The notes below the pieces were generated by a model, which ran no database searches, had not been told where the DNA came from, and saw only the letters and a program-made list of their open reading frames with translations. A stretch of DNA of 53,231 nt, filler included, from Squatina squatina (taxonomy: Eukaryota), in the NCBI GenBank assembly GCA_031763465.1. It is 3 parts of 3 records of this genome, joined end to end, with 100 filler letters (N's around TTAATTAATTAA, not from the genome) between each part and the next. Parts side by side here need not be neighbours in the genome. Positions count along the whole stretch, not along the records: positions 1 to 15,514 come from JARFOE010000168.1; positions 15,615 to 33,294 come from JARFOE010000013.1; 1 more part is not named here. One strand, 5' to 3'. How positions within the stretch are numbered: position 1 is the stretch's first letter; every line of letters begins with the position of its first letter. Below, piece after piece: positions 12,044 to 24,157 of this stretch. The position numbers and the translations under genes are program-made.

Positions 12044-12794
12044 GTAATATGACTCACATCAAATACTTACTGACTTCAGATCAGATAAGTAATGAGTATG
12101 CTAAGTTTAGAGGCAATACTCGATATAGGGATTACAATAATGGATAAAATGAGTGACTACAAGGGCATGTTCTGGACAAAAATGTAGGTTGCACCATAAA
12201 CTATAAGAGTGAAACCCGAGTGCTCTATAAGCAGAGTCTGAACGCCTATGTTTATATTTATTTTTATTTGAGCGGTGGGAGATAATATATACCACAATCA
12301 GTTCCAGGAAGAGCCAGCCACAGATCTTGCATTGCATTGTAGCACACTCTTTAACATCAGTGTTTGAGTCCTCGAGTACCTGATTTATATTGGAAGAGGT
12401 GACATCTTTCACGACTTCTTGACTCGGCTATAATCAGCTTCAATTCACAGATAATTAAGGCTATTGTAGCTGTAAACTTACACATACTCAGTCCCTTTTT
12501 CAGACTCTCAGTGCAGATGTCCCTTCATCCCAACTAACCAGTCTTCATTTATTTGATACTCATCCATATATTCTAGTCATGTGGCATCCTCCAATGCTGT
12601 CCGAACAACCNNNNNNNNNNNNNNNNNNNNNNNNNNNNNNNNNNNNNNNNNNNNNNNNNNNNNNNNNNNNNNNNNNNNNNNNNNNNNNNNNNNNNNNNNN
12701 NNNNNNNNNNGTGAACCAATCCCTGTAACTTCATGATTGCCCACACCGAGAAAACTAGGGCGAACCAGGCTTTGATCACATAGATCAGCTCATC

Positions 12795-12872
12795 TGCAGT
12801 GACTTGCAGAGGAAAGAGAATGTGCAGTGATTTGCATGGGAAAGCGAATATGCAATGATTTGCATAGGAAAG
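12795..12872. repeat. Three 28-bp tandem units, two containing octamer ATTTGCAT
   Basis: TGCA(G/A)TGA(C/T)TTGCA...GGAAAG units start at 12795, 12823 and 12851. Confidence 0.7.
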
Positions 12873-13101
12873 TCCCCCAGAGAAAGCAATTAAATGAATC
12901 TTTACAGGAATTAGATGAAATTTAAAGAAGAATAATTCATACATGCAAAAAAAAAAATCTCACTTGGCACCGTGTATTTGGTTCAATTTATTGGTGAAAT
13001 GTAGACTTTTAGAATTAAAGCTGAATATTTGGTTTTACAGCAGAATATGGAAGAATTGTACTGTAATGTTTGTTTTTCCATGTTCTTGCCTTGTGTTACA
13101 G

Positions 13102-13308
13102 ACGCCCCCTTGTCTGGGGCTTCACTGGCTTTGCTGGCAGAATTTGAGAAGGCGGCAGAACAGCTCAAGGATGAACAGAATCAGGCTAAACTCGGCAAGG
13201 TTGATGCCTCAGAAGAAAAGGAGCTTGCAAAAGAATTTGGAACTCGAGAGTACCCAGTCCTAAAATTTTTCATGAACAGAGACAGGAAAAACCCTCTGAA
13301 CTGCACAG
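13102..13308 (+). CDS. Second PDI-family a-domain exon, non-catalytic SxxS (PDILT-like)
   Basis: ttacag| 207-nt exon (Y)APLSGASLALLAEFEKAAEQLK...LGKVDASEEKELAKEFGTREYPVLKFFMNRDRKNPLNCT |gtcgct; same length and phase as the exon at 11837; SGAS replaces CGHC. Confidence 0.75.
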
Positions 13309-14324
13309 GTCGCTATTGTGGAACAGACACTTAACTCTCACATATTCCTCCAACTAACCCTCTCTCCATTCTATATTTTGCTCTAAATAACGGAGAGCTC
13401 TCATTTTCACACTAAGATCTATAATCTTGCTCACTCCACGAACAAATGAAAAAATTAACTTGCATTTATATAGCACCTTATCACATCCAAAGACTGAGGG
13501 GGAGAAATTCAGGAGCGGCCTGTATTGGGCGCCAACTTTTGAAAGCTGGAAAAATTAGCGCTAATANNNNNNNNNNNNNNNNNNNNNNNNNNNNNNNNNN
13601 NNNNNNNNNNNNNNNNNNNNNNNNNNNNNNNNNNNNNNNNNNNNNNNNNNNNNNNNNNNNNNNNNNAGTGAAGGAAAAGGTGAGTCATTTCATAGTGATT
13701 CCTTCTTATGCCTGACGAAGCACGTGAACTACCAAGCTTTGGAGAAACAGTCATCCCCTGAGTTCCAATAATGAACACTGAGGGCTAGTTTAATTAATAG
13801 CTCTGTTTCTGCTTGGAAATAATCATCTGTCAGTATCAGACAGGCATGCTTGGTACCTCACAAAAGAACAACATCGCTGGAGCTCAGGTGACTTTGATAG
13901 CTCATTTACCCAAGATGCTTAATCTAATTTTGGTTTGGTATTATCATTAAGCTCCCCATAGTGGTTTAAAAATGTTCTGCAAAAATCCTTTGTAAGCATG
14001 TTGCACGATGTATATTGTGTCAAATAAAGAATCCTCCATTTAAGTATTTTATTCTACATAGTTGCTAAGCAGCAGAAGACTGGAGTTGCAATGTTAACTT
14101 TATGAAAGTACAGTATTCATTAAGCAAGAAATATTAGTTGATATAAGACATGGAAAAATGATCAATGTGTGACTGCTGCCAATCCATTGTGACCCAGCCA
14201 CAGGCCATGGCAGGCAGAGCACAAGTGTGGGGAGGTTTAACGCAATCTTTTACACTGGTCCCAAAAGATACCTGATTGAAATGTTTCACTGTACTGGAGT
14301 GTGATAAAAGCAGACTCTGGCCAT

Positions 14325-15063
14325 GAAATTTGGCAACCTTCCAGTATGGAACAGGCGACCTAGCAAACATCTCACAGTTGGCCATCCATCGCTGCATCGG
14401 GAAGACCTCAGAGGCTCTGTGCTCTAGGAGACGGGAGTTCATTGCCTCCTCTCTAAATGGACAGAAGCAGGAGGAGTGTCCACGTGACTTTGTCATGATA
14501 TTGGACTTCCCCGTGGTGCAGGGTGCCATTGACAGCACACATGGGGCTTTGCGGGCCCTATATCAATGGTGAGATTTTCTGGAACCGCAAAGACTACCAC
14601 TCACTTAATGTGCAATTTGTGTGCGACCACGTCAAGCACATCATGATGATGAATGCCTGGTATCCCCACCAGTCCGCTGTGCCAGCAATCTTCCCAGGGC
14701 CATCCACTCGACACCTTGGCTGATGACTCCCCACCGCAACCCCAGCACCAATGTCCAGCACTCATATAATGAGAGCCATACTACCACCAGAAACGCCATC
14801 AAACAGATCATAGGGGTGCTGAAGCAATGATTCCATTGCCTTGACCGCTCGGGAGGAGCCCTCCAGTACTCACCGGAGTGGGTGTCAAACTCGTGGTGGT
14901 CTGCTGCATCCTCCACAGCTTGTCCATCATGAAACGCAGCCCTTGTTACCAGGGGTTTCACAATCACCTCAGGAGGAAGAGGAGGAAGGCAAGAGGCAGC
15001 CTGCAAATACATGTTACAGATGGGCTGTCCATGAGCGCATCACCAGACTTCGGTTCCCCTGAA
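14325..15063 (+). mobile_element. Degenerate PIF/Harbinger DDE transposase (HARBI1-like)
   Basis: FQ..TGDLANISQ..IHRCI, FPVVQGAIDSTH, NRKDYHSLNVQFVCDH, PWLMTP..NP, YNESH..TRN.I.Q.IG.LKQ*F.CLDRSGGALQYSP, VVCCILH spread over several frames with a stop and deletions. Confidence 0.92.
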
Positions 15064-15199
15064 TGAACCCAAATCCCCGTTGCTCAACACTTCCCCAGCT
15101 TGCCTTCCCTCTGTCACGGGACATCACAGTGTCCTCTTGGCCACAGTGCTGAAATGAAAGCCAACACAAAACAAACATAATTTATAAATTATTCAGTCC

Positions 15200-15514
15200 A
15201 GTACTGCATAAAAAAGTCAACGAATCACCCTTGTGCCTGTCTTCCGTGTGCCTTTGCCTGTCCTAGTGCTTCTACAAAGTGCTATCCAGTAGTTGCAGTA
15301 AGGTTGGCGGAAGGCTGCTGACTTCAGTGGGGGAGACTGCAAATGGCCTTGCAGGACGGCCTCGAGCAACTTTGGGCACAGAAGCCCTGGCTGTAGACGG
15401 CACCACCCTCGGCACAAGTGGCAGCAGTCTGGGCTGGCTGACTGACAGGCAACCGCAAGGGCACTGGCCAAGTGGCAGTGGTGGAAGTGCGAATGCTGTC
15501 ATCCTGAGAGAGGA
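15200..15514 (-). mobile_element. Probable 3' end of the convergent second (Myb/SANT) gene of the same Harbinger element
   Basis: GC-rich minus-strand ORF ending ...ARGRPARPFAVSP.../TRTGKGTRKTGTR, convergent with the transposase as in autonomous Harbingers. Confidence 0.5.
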
Positions 15515-15614
15515 NNNNNNNNNNNNNNNNNNNNNNNNNNNNNNNNNNNNNNNNNNNNTTAATTAATTAANNNNNNNNNNNNNNNNNNNNNNNNNNNNNN
15601 NNNNNNNNNNNNNN
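15515..15614. other. Artificial assembly linker N44-TTAATTAATTAA-N44
   Basis: Self-complementary six-frame stop 12-mer centred in a 100-nt gap; identical copy at 33295-33394. Confidence 0.95.
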
Positions 15615-16809
15615 TGCAGCCTTCAACAAGGTTAACCACACCATCCTTGTCCAAAACCTCTCTTTCGTAGTCCAGTTCCCAGGGACTGCCCTTGCTTGAT
15701 TCCACTCTGGGTTATAGCCAGATTGTAGCCAGAGCAACTTTAGCAATGGTTTCTCATTCCACCCTGGTTCCCTTTTCCTGCTGCTAATCTCACTTGATCT
15801 AATGGCATCTTATCCTGTCCTCTTTTTGCGTGTAATGCTCCTGGATAGATTTTCTCTCTACTTCACAGACTGAGTTCCTGTGAGAGAAAACATTCAATGT
15901 AGGAATACTCAAGTATTTATTCCGACACTTAAGAGCACGTCACTGACTGCAGCAGTTTCCAGATAGATCTTAAAGTACTCCAAGTGATTTAAAGTGTTTG
16001 AATAAAAAGTGAAGGAGCATTTATTTTTGCATTTAACCCCTTTCCCATCTCTCTTGGTCTCTCCATACCATGCACCATCCTTGGCTGAGAGGGCGGGTTG
16101 ACAACTGATTTCTTTGTCAATATCCCTCTAAAACCACACACTGGGAAGTAGGCTAGAGTAGCTCAGGGTGACTCTGCTTCAGACTCTGTTTCTCTCCATA
16201 TGGGGAGCTATCTCACCTCCATACAGCACCTTGTGACAACAGGGTCAAAGTAACAAAGTCATTACATGGGTAATCTCCGGTGGAAACCCAGATCCTACCA
16301 GTCAATGGCACAGCACCTTAGAGCTAAGTGATTAAATCCCTCAAGTATAATGCTGGACAATGTAAATTTTTCATGCATGAAAGGGAAGGTTGAAAAGCCG
16401 ACACAAACACGTGGCAACAGCATGCAGCTTAACAAAATATACTCTTTACCATTGGAACGTTTAATTTGAAAACAGAAAGGCTTGCATTCATATAACATCT
16501 TATCCCATCTATCAGAAACATTTCAAAGTGATTCATATTCAATATTACTTTTAAATACAGTAACTGTTGTCAATGTAAGCAAATGTGACATCTATTTTTC
16601 ACACAGCAAGATCCCACAAACAGCACTGATGGTTGACCAGTTAATCTGTTTTGGTGGTGTTCGTTGGCAAAGGACTGATGCTCTTTTCTATAAATCTTCC
16701 CGTCTTATTTCTAACTACACAACCATTCCCCGATGAACAAAACCTTCAAACAACTCTTAAGTAATGGTGTTTATAATAAGACATGAATAATAGGAATGAT
16801 TATACGGAC

Positions 16810-17042
16810 TCAGTAGTGTAGTGGTTAAGTTGCAGGACTAGTAATGTCAGAGCTTAAACTATTGCTCTGGAGACATGAGTTCAAATCCCACCACAGCAGC
16901 TGTGGAATTTAATTACGGCAAGGGGGATCAGGGGGTATGGAGAGAAAGCAGGTACTGAGTTGAAAGATCAGCCATGATCGTGTTGAATGGCGGTGCAGGC
17001 TCGAAGGGCCAAGTGGCCCACTCCTCCACCTATTTTCTATGA
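16810..17042 (+). mobile_element. tRNA-derived SINE head fused to a CR1 3' end
   Basis: A/B-box-like GTAGTGGTTAAG...GAGTTCAAATCCC followed by GATCAGCCATGATCGTGTTGAATGGCGGTGCAGGCTCGAAGGGCC...TTTTCTATG. Confidence 0.7.
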
Positions 17043-17349
17043 AAGGAATTCAGTCAGAGGGGAGGACGAGGTAGCAAACCGTGTAACAAAGGAAAGTCAA
17101 AAGGTAACCCCTGACAAAAGATGGGAGCAGATTTAAACCGGGAGAAAGATAAAACAAATTACATGGAATGGACTTCCAAGTAGAGCAGTGAAACTAAAAA
17201 TCTGAACTGTTCAATAAACAGCTGGCTTTGTGATGGTTTAGAGGAACTTTCCTTTTTAAACAGAATCAGCAAAGAAAATGGCCTCCTTCCTCTCCAACTT
17301 GCTTTCAGTTTTAATTTCTTACAAAGCCTCTTAGAGCAGGAATGACTCA

Positions 17350-17655
<306 letters not shown>

Positions 17656-18289
17656 CTACAAAGGAAATGATTCAAGTTAATTTTTATTCAAATAAATAAG
17701 TAGCATTTACAAATTAGATTTACAGCCAAACAATTAAGGAACTTAAAGCTCAGGTCATGAAAAGACTCTGCAATCCATCTGGCCAATCTCAAAAACTGAA
17801 CCCTTGGCTCTCGATCACTTACTCCTTCAACTATCCATCCAATTTGATCTTCAATTTTTCTGCACTACCTTCCTCCTTGGAAAGTCTTCTACATGTGTAA
17901 TTGTTTACACATTTTCCCTTCTAAGCTTGAACTAGCAGGTAGCACTCTCAAACAGAAAACATGTACAAAACTGGAAAAGTCCACTGCAGTTTATTTCTCC
18001 CATCCCTAAGAGTACTGAAGTCCCCCTGTAAACTTAATTTTTGCTCACTGGACTACTTGGTCGGCAAGTCACCTCTCTGCACCCCCTGCCCCAACCCAAC
18101 AATACATCATTACAAATGAAAAAAAATCAGTGTGCTCAAGACATCAATTGGGAAGTGAATAAGAATGCCAAGTCATACCATTTCCCCTCCCTGTGCACAC
18201 ATCATAGACTGATGCAGCATAGTGGGAGACCATTCGGACCATTGTACATTACCACGACTGGGAAAGGTAGGGCAACTGAAGTCAGAGCT

Positions 18290-18710
18290 CGCTGGATGAT
18301 GAAACACAAAAAGAGCATGTACGACAAAAGTCAGGGTGCAAATACATCTGAAAATCTGGCTATATATAGAAAGGTCAGAGGGAAAGTGAAAAAGATAATG
18401 AGGGGGCAAAGAGGGTATGAAGATGGCAGCCAACATAGGTCATTCAAAAGTCTTTAATAGGCATATAAATAGTGAAAGGATAGTAGGGCCGATCATGGAC
18501 CAAAAAGGAGACCGATGCATGGAGGCAATGGGTTTGACTGAGGTACTAAATGAGTACCCTCATTAACCCTCTGTTTCATCAGAAAACTCGATCAAGTTAG
18601 TTAAACACGATTTGTCTTTAACAATTCCGTGCTGGCTTTCCTTAATGCACCCCAATCCAAGTGACTGTTGATTTTGTCCCTGATTACCGTTTCTAAAAGG
18701 AAGACGATGC
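18290..18710. mobile_element. CR1 LINE fragments (plus 18290-18560, minus 18560-18710)
   Basis: Plus: KVFNRHINS.R.VGPI.DQKGD...EVLNEY; minus: IKESQHGIVKDKSCLTNLIEF. Confidence 0.8.
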
Positions 18711-19220
18711 TGNNNNNNNNNNNNNNNNNNNNNNNNNNNNNNNNNNNNNNNNNNNNNNNNNNNNNNNNNNNNNNNNNNNNNNNNNNNNNNNNNNNNNNNN
18801 NNNNNNNNNNNNATCAACATAGTCTGTGCATTTTCCATAATGAACCAGCGATAGGTGTGAACGCCATGCTCTGCTTTTGCAGCCTGTATAGCAAAGGACT
18901 CGTGCAACAAATTCCTACCTACGCTTTGCACAGATGTGATGTGATTTGCTGCCCACATTTTGCAAAGCTCGGAGGCAGAGAAGGAGGTGACTGTCTCCAA
19001 ACATAACTGAGTAATTAGCTTTCCCTCACCATCCATAACTTGATAACCAAGAGTAAACTGCCTCCCACCAACAGCACGCAACATCAAAACCACAGACACA
19101 CAAACACTGCCAACAAGAGGATACAGAAAAACAGCTCTGAAGCCTGAACAGACTGGTTGCCATAGTTACCATTTCCATACAGCTACTGGGTAAGCAATAC
19201 CAGCTTTTCATGTTAATTAC

Positions 19221-19258
19221 CTTCCCTCCTGCAGACGATGGCTCATCCTCTTGCTCAT
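19221..19258 (-). CDS. SMARCC1: SMARCC1/2 38-nt exon ((D)EQEDEPSSAGGK)
   Basis: ttgcag| ... |gtaatt; phase follows the 60-nt exon at 20593-20652; resembles DEQDEETVTAGGK. Confidence 0.8.
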
Positions 19259-19565
19259 CTGCAACAAGATTAATTCAGGATATGTATTAGCTTGCACATG
19301 CACGATCGAGCTGTCACAAAGGTGAGACAGACATCAGCAGCCATACTGTAATCATCTGCTTTGTTGTGGAGGCACTATTTCAATTCGATCAATGCTGAGC
19401 TATGACTGAATTACCACACCAACAGGTTTCATTATTATTTGCGACAAGAGGCCATAAGATAACTTGTATTTCTATCCCATCAAGTCACTGTCTGCACTGT
19501 AATTGACAGTGGCAAACAAGCTGCACTGCCATCACCAGAGTGACAGTGAAGTATACCTTAGAAAT

Positions 19566-19690
19566 ATAGCCGATGAATCTGTAGAGAGCATTGCCCTGGC
19601 CTTTCAGAGCTTGCACTGCATCCATGGCAGTCACGGTGCTTGGTGCTCAGTGTAGGTGATCACATCCCCGATCATATTGACCAAGAAAAT
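19566..19690 (-). pseudogene. Histone H4 pseudogene fragment (C-terminal 40 codons)
   Basis: Minus strand IFLVNMIGDVITYTEH/TVTAMDAVQALKGQGNALYRFIG versus H4 [43 protein letters not shown]; frameshifting deletion, stop lost. Confidence 0.88.
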
Positions 19691-19704
19691 GTAAACAAAA
19701 AACA

Positions 19705-20359
19705 CCAAATGTAACCCCACTACTTAAGAAAGGAATGAGGGGGAAAACAGGGAACTACAGACCAGTTAGCCTGACATCAGCAATAAGGAAAATGCCAGAA
19801 TCTCTTAAGGACATGGTAACAGGGCACTTACAAAATAATAATAGGATTGAGCAGAGTCAACATGGATTTATGAAAGGAAAATTATGAAAGTGCATGAAGT
19901 TGTAACGAGCAGAATAGATATGGGGAACCAGTGGAAATGGTGTACTTCAATTTTCACAAGGCTTTCGATAAGGTGCCGCACAAGAGGCAATGAAACAAAA
20001 TCAGGGCTCATGAGATTGGGGTTATATACCAGCATGGACTGAGGATTCGTTAACGGACAGAAAACAGAGTAGGAATAAATGGGTCATTTTCAGGTTGGCA
20101 GATTCTAACTTGTAGGATTCTGCAAGGATCGGTGCTTGGGCCTCCGCTCTTCGCAATCTAGATCAATGATTTGGATGAGGGGACCACATGTAATATATCT
20201 AGGTTTGCTGATGATACAAAGCTCTGTAGAAATTCAAGTTGTAAGGAGGATGCAGAGACTTCAAGGGGATATAGACAGGCTTAGTGAGTGGGCAAGAACA
20301 TGGCAAATGGAATATAATGTGGAGAAATGTGAAGTTATCCACTTTGGTAGGAAAAATAG
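19705..20359 (+). mobile_element. CR1 LINE ORF2 (RT) fragment
   Basis: NVTPLLKKG.RGKTGNYRPVSLTS, SQHGFMKGK, KAFDKVPH, QGSVLGP, LQGDIDRLSEWARTWQMEYNVEKCEVIHFGRKN. Confidence 0.92.
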
Positions 20360-20592
20360 NNNNNNNNNNNNNNNNNNNNNNNNNNNNNNNNNNNNNNNNN
20401 NNNNNNNNNNNNNNNNNNNNNNNNNNNNNNNNNNNNNNNNNNNNNNNNNNNNNNNNNNNTTTCAATAATTCCATGCCAACATTTAAAGGATAATAGTTTG
20501 CAGTCATGTGCAGACTACCCATTTCTTGAGCCAGCTGAGAAAACCAACTTTATGCAGCAGAATTGAGGGGTACAAGTTAAAAATATAATTAC

Positions 20593-20652
20593 CTAGATCT
20601 GCAATTGTGCCTCCCTTCACAGGTGTGTGCTCACTGTCCTTCTTGGGGTTCA
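20593..20652 (-). CDS. SMARCC1: SMARCC1/2 60-nt exon ((V)NPKKDSEHTPVKGGTIADL)
   Basis: tgctag| ... |gtaatt; matches SMARCC1 VNLKKDSENTPVKGGTVADL. Confidence 0.9.
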
Positions 20653-21444
20653 CTAGCAGAGAAAGGAGTTATAAACAGGCCATCAAAAACATATTGAAAT
20701 CAAACAGATTTGAAACCTGAAGTTCTGAGTTTTAAGCAGTTGTCGAATGAATCCACAAATGGTACAAATGCAATCAAAACGTCATTCACTGAGTTCTGCT
20801 CCGAAATAACTTGGCTGAGAGTTCATCAAGCAGAATTTTAGAATATTAATCGAGGGGGTGATAATTTGGCACACTGCCCCTATGGATTTTTTCCAACAGC
20901 AATCCGTATCGAATCCCACGACCCTATTCTGTTGTCATAGCCCTGTACCTTCAAATATTTATCCAATTTTCCCTTCAAAAATACAATGAATTTTGTCTCA
21001 ACAACCCTGTGGCATATCTTTATCTGTGCCAANNNNNNNNNNNNNNNNNNNNNNNNNNNNNNNNNNNNNNNNNNNNNNNNNNNNNNNNNNNNNNNNNNNN
21101 NNNNNNNNNNNNNNNNNNNNNNNNNNNNNNNNAATACCGGAGGACAAGCAGAAATGCTAACACTGGGATGGGACTTCCAACTTGATGAAGGTTTCACAGC
21201 AGGTCGAAGAAATAAGTGCGAGTCTTGAATTTTCATGCACACAGGAGTACAAGTTGGCGTTTTACATTTTTAAAAAATAAAGTACATTTTTACAGCACAT
21301 TGAATATCGGTGTTTCACAGAAGCATAATCAGACCAAAAAACACCACCGGACCCACTCTGCCAGGTAAAAGTGTACAGTACCCCCAAACTCAGTCCCAAA
21401 CCTGCCAATTCATTCAATTAAATACCAACTCTGAGCTGACTTAC

Positions 21445-21530
21445 CATCCTTGCTCACTCTTGAATTTGTAAGCAGCACCTAGGATATGACCCAAGGGACC
21501 CCCGGCCTTGAAATCAAGGAAGCATTTTGC
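21445..21530 (-). CDS. SMARCC1: SMARCC1/2 N-terminal (MarR-like) 86-nt exon ([29 protein letters not shown])
   Basis: ttcag| ... |gtaagt; matches [29 protein letters not shown]. Confidence 0.9.
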
Positions 21531-22720
21531 CTGAAGTTAAAATAAAGAAAAATGAACAAAACTTAGAGATAAAGTTTCTGGCCAATCTCTTTTAAATGCT
21601 GCTTCTATCATATTGATGAAAAATTTGCTTTTCCCTGAATGTTGTTGACAATTTGACTAGCTTCTTTAGTCAGTATTTGTTAAGCACTTCTACAGATGAC
21701 TGATCAACCAACATTCTTCCCCCATATCTTTATCAACAGCCTTCGGAGAGGAGACCTTCGTACCACCTTGTCTGGTTTGGATTTGAGAGTGGGTTCTGTC
21801 AAACTGTGCCATATAACCTCTCAAACCCAGTTACTTTGTGCATATTACAGCAAACATTGGCGACGTCCAGCATCAAAGTTCCAAGAACAAATTAAAAGGA
21901 ATNNNNNNNNNNNNNNNNNNNNNNNNNNNNNNNNNNNNNNNNNNNNNNNNNNNNNNNNNNNNNNNNNNNNNNNNNNNNNNNNNNNNNNNNNNNNNNNNNN
22001 NNGGTTGGGAAGCCCAAAGCCTGCAGCTTTGAACAGTCGGGGCTGATTATTTGTGGCATAATAATTAAAAATATATAAAAACCCCAAAGGGGGAATCAGA
22101 CCCAGAAGTTCGCAGCAATGCAGATAGACACCTGGTATCTGTTGAGTGCAGTTTGTGTTAACATTTCTTTTTGTTATTCAAATAGGGGAGAGAGAAGAGA
22201 AGTAGGAAATTCACTGCCTGGGGTGAGTGCATCCTGTATATTTGTCTCTTGTATTTGCAAAATAATATTTAATACAAAATTAATATCTCACAAACCCTTA
22301 CCCCACCCCAATTCAAATGTAAACTTATTTTTATGTGTTTGATGCAGACTCAATGGTTGGCAAGTTGTATTTTTATATATAAATACTTGCATCCAAGTGT
22401 AACAATTTCCTTGTCCCACCTCCAGAAGAAATTCTGCACAGGCTTTGACTTGTTAATGTTATATCTGCTCATTTGTAATTGTTCCAAAGTCAACATCACT
22501 GCCATCGAAAATAGACTTTTTAAACTAAAGTTTATAATTTTTTTCTTTTTCTGGATTTGATTGAAACTGTTGGAAATGCAGCCAGAGTTTAGTGTCATTG
22601 TTGTGCATTGAATGACTGAACAAGGAAGGGTGGTGATGGGGTTGGGGTAAGTATTTATTGAAGAGGGAAATTGTGGTTTATTGGGAGGTAAACTTTTGTT
22701 TTTACAATAAAAAGAGAAAA

Positions 22721-23164
22721 TGTTAGCTGAGGTACAGTCGTATCATTCTTGTCTGAAGGTTGTGTGTTCCAGTCCCACTCCAGAGATTTGAGCATATAAT
22801 CCAGGCCGACACTCCCGGTACAGTGCTGAGGGAGTGCTGCATTGTTGGTGGTGCCATCTTTGGAATGAAACCCTAAAACTGAGGCCTCATCTGCCCTCTC
22901 AGGTAGCTATAAATGATCCCACAATATTTCAAAGAGCAAGAAAATGCTCCCTGGTCAATATTAATCCCTCAACCAGCCTCACTAAAATGGATGACCTGGT
23001 CTTTATCACCGTGCTGTTTGTGGGAGCTTACCGTGTGCAAATTGGGTGCCACATTACTTACATTACAACAATGACGACACTTCAAAAGTATGTCATTGGC
23101 TGTAAAGTGGTTTGGGACATCTTGAGATTGTGAATGGCGCTATATAATTGCAATTTCTTTTTCT
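22721..23164 (+). mobile_element. Near full-length Deu-domain SINE (SacSINE1-like)
   Basis: tRNA-like head, GTGCTGAGGGAGTGCTGCATTGTTGGTGGTGCCATCTTTGGAATGA core and ...GGCGCTATATAATTGCAA tail; further copies at 25195-25443 and 45690-45895. Confidence 0.85.
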
Positions 23165-23468
23165 TGTATTGGTGATTGGAATTCCATTATTATGGGATTC
23201 TAGCTGGTGCGTTTAGACTCGCTATAAAAATGCAAGTTGGTGTCACATTTCATGTTTCTGTACATTTTTTCCTGTGACCATAGAAAACTAATGACCTTGC
23301 CGATAATATACAAAACAGCGTGATCCCTGGTGATCAGGGCTACTGGATTATGATAACTGAACAAGTGGTATTCTGGAAATTTTACCAGTATTTTGAGGAT
23401 TGAATTGAATTTTCTGCAAAAAATTGGAACCAATAGCCTTGGCTGCAGCTTCTGTATCAACATACATT

Positions 23469-24157
23469 GGGGGCCCAATTAGTTATCCCTGAGTTTGAAA
23501 CATAAGGGGACCAAAGGCCTGTTTTTTGCACCCGTTTTGCACCGGCGTGTTATTTTGCGGGATTGAGCTCCTTAAATTTTTTTTCAGGTGGCCTAGAAAA
23601 TTATCCAGAAATCAGAGCTAATGGGTGCCTGATTGGCAAAAATTGAGCTACACTGGTTTCAGTGGTCCAATTCACCAATCGATCTAAGCAGCTGTAATCA
23701 TGTGTCAGGCCACCTCAGCCCTTAAACGGGCTCTTAATTGAGAGACAAGCACTGCTTCGGTGCTTCGGTCAGCCATTTGCAACAGTGCTGCTGGTTGCAG
23801 AGCTATACTTTTGGGAAAGTGTTTGATTTGGGACTGCACAATTATGGCAGCTGAGTCCAGGAGGTCGAGGGCCCCCAAATTTTCCGATCCTGCACTACTA
23901 AGTCTGGTGGCTGCGGTGGACAGGCTCTTCTCCCCTGCTGGCAAAAGAGGCACTGCCAGAATGGTGCGATGCACTTGCAGGGAGATTGCCACTGAGGTGT
24001 CGGCCTCAGATGTGGCGGAGAGGATGGGCACTCAATGCCGCAAGAAAGTTAACAACCTCACACACACAGTGAAGGTGAGTCTGACTCTTTCAGCAATGGC
24101 CACCTCATGTGTAAGTGTCTCATTTGTAATGTGCCATAGAATTGAGCTTCTGGAAGA
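23469..24157 (+). mobile_element. Harbinger element left end with Myb/SANT DNA-binding gene exon 1 (23844-24074)
   Basis: TIR-like GGGGGCCCAATT at 23469; MAAESRRSRAPKFSDPALLSLVAAV...REIATEVSA...TQCRKKVNNL |gtgagt resembles NAIF1/MSANTD; conserved Trp and Phe residues lost. Confidence 0.75.

Noticed and set aside
15559-15570. TTAATTAATTAA palindrome as a biological site
   Set aside because: Symmetrically embedded in N44 runs twice; it is a synthetic six-frame stop linker
23844-24074. Myb/SANT exon as a domesticated MSANTD or NAIF1 gene
   Set aside because: Conserved Trp and Phe residues are lost and it sits behind a transposon terminus, so a decayed Harbinger copy is more likely
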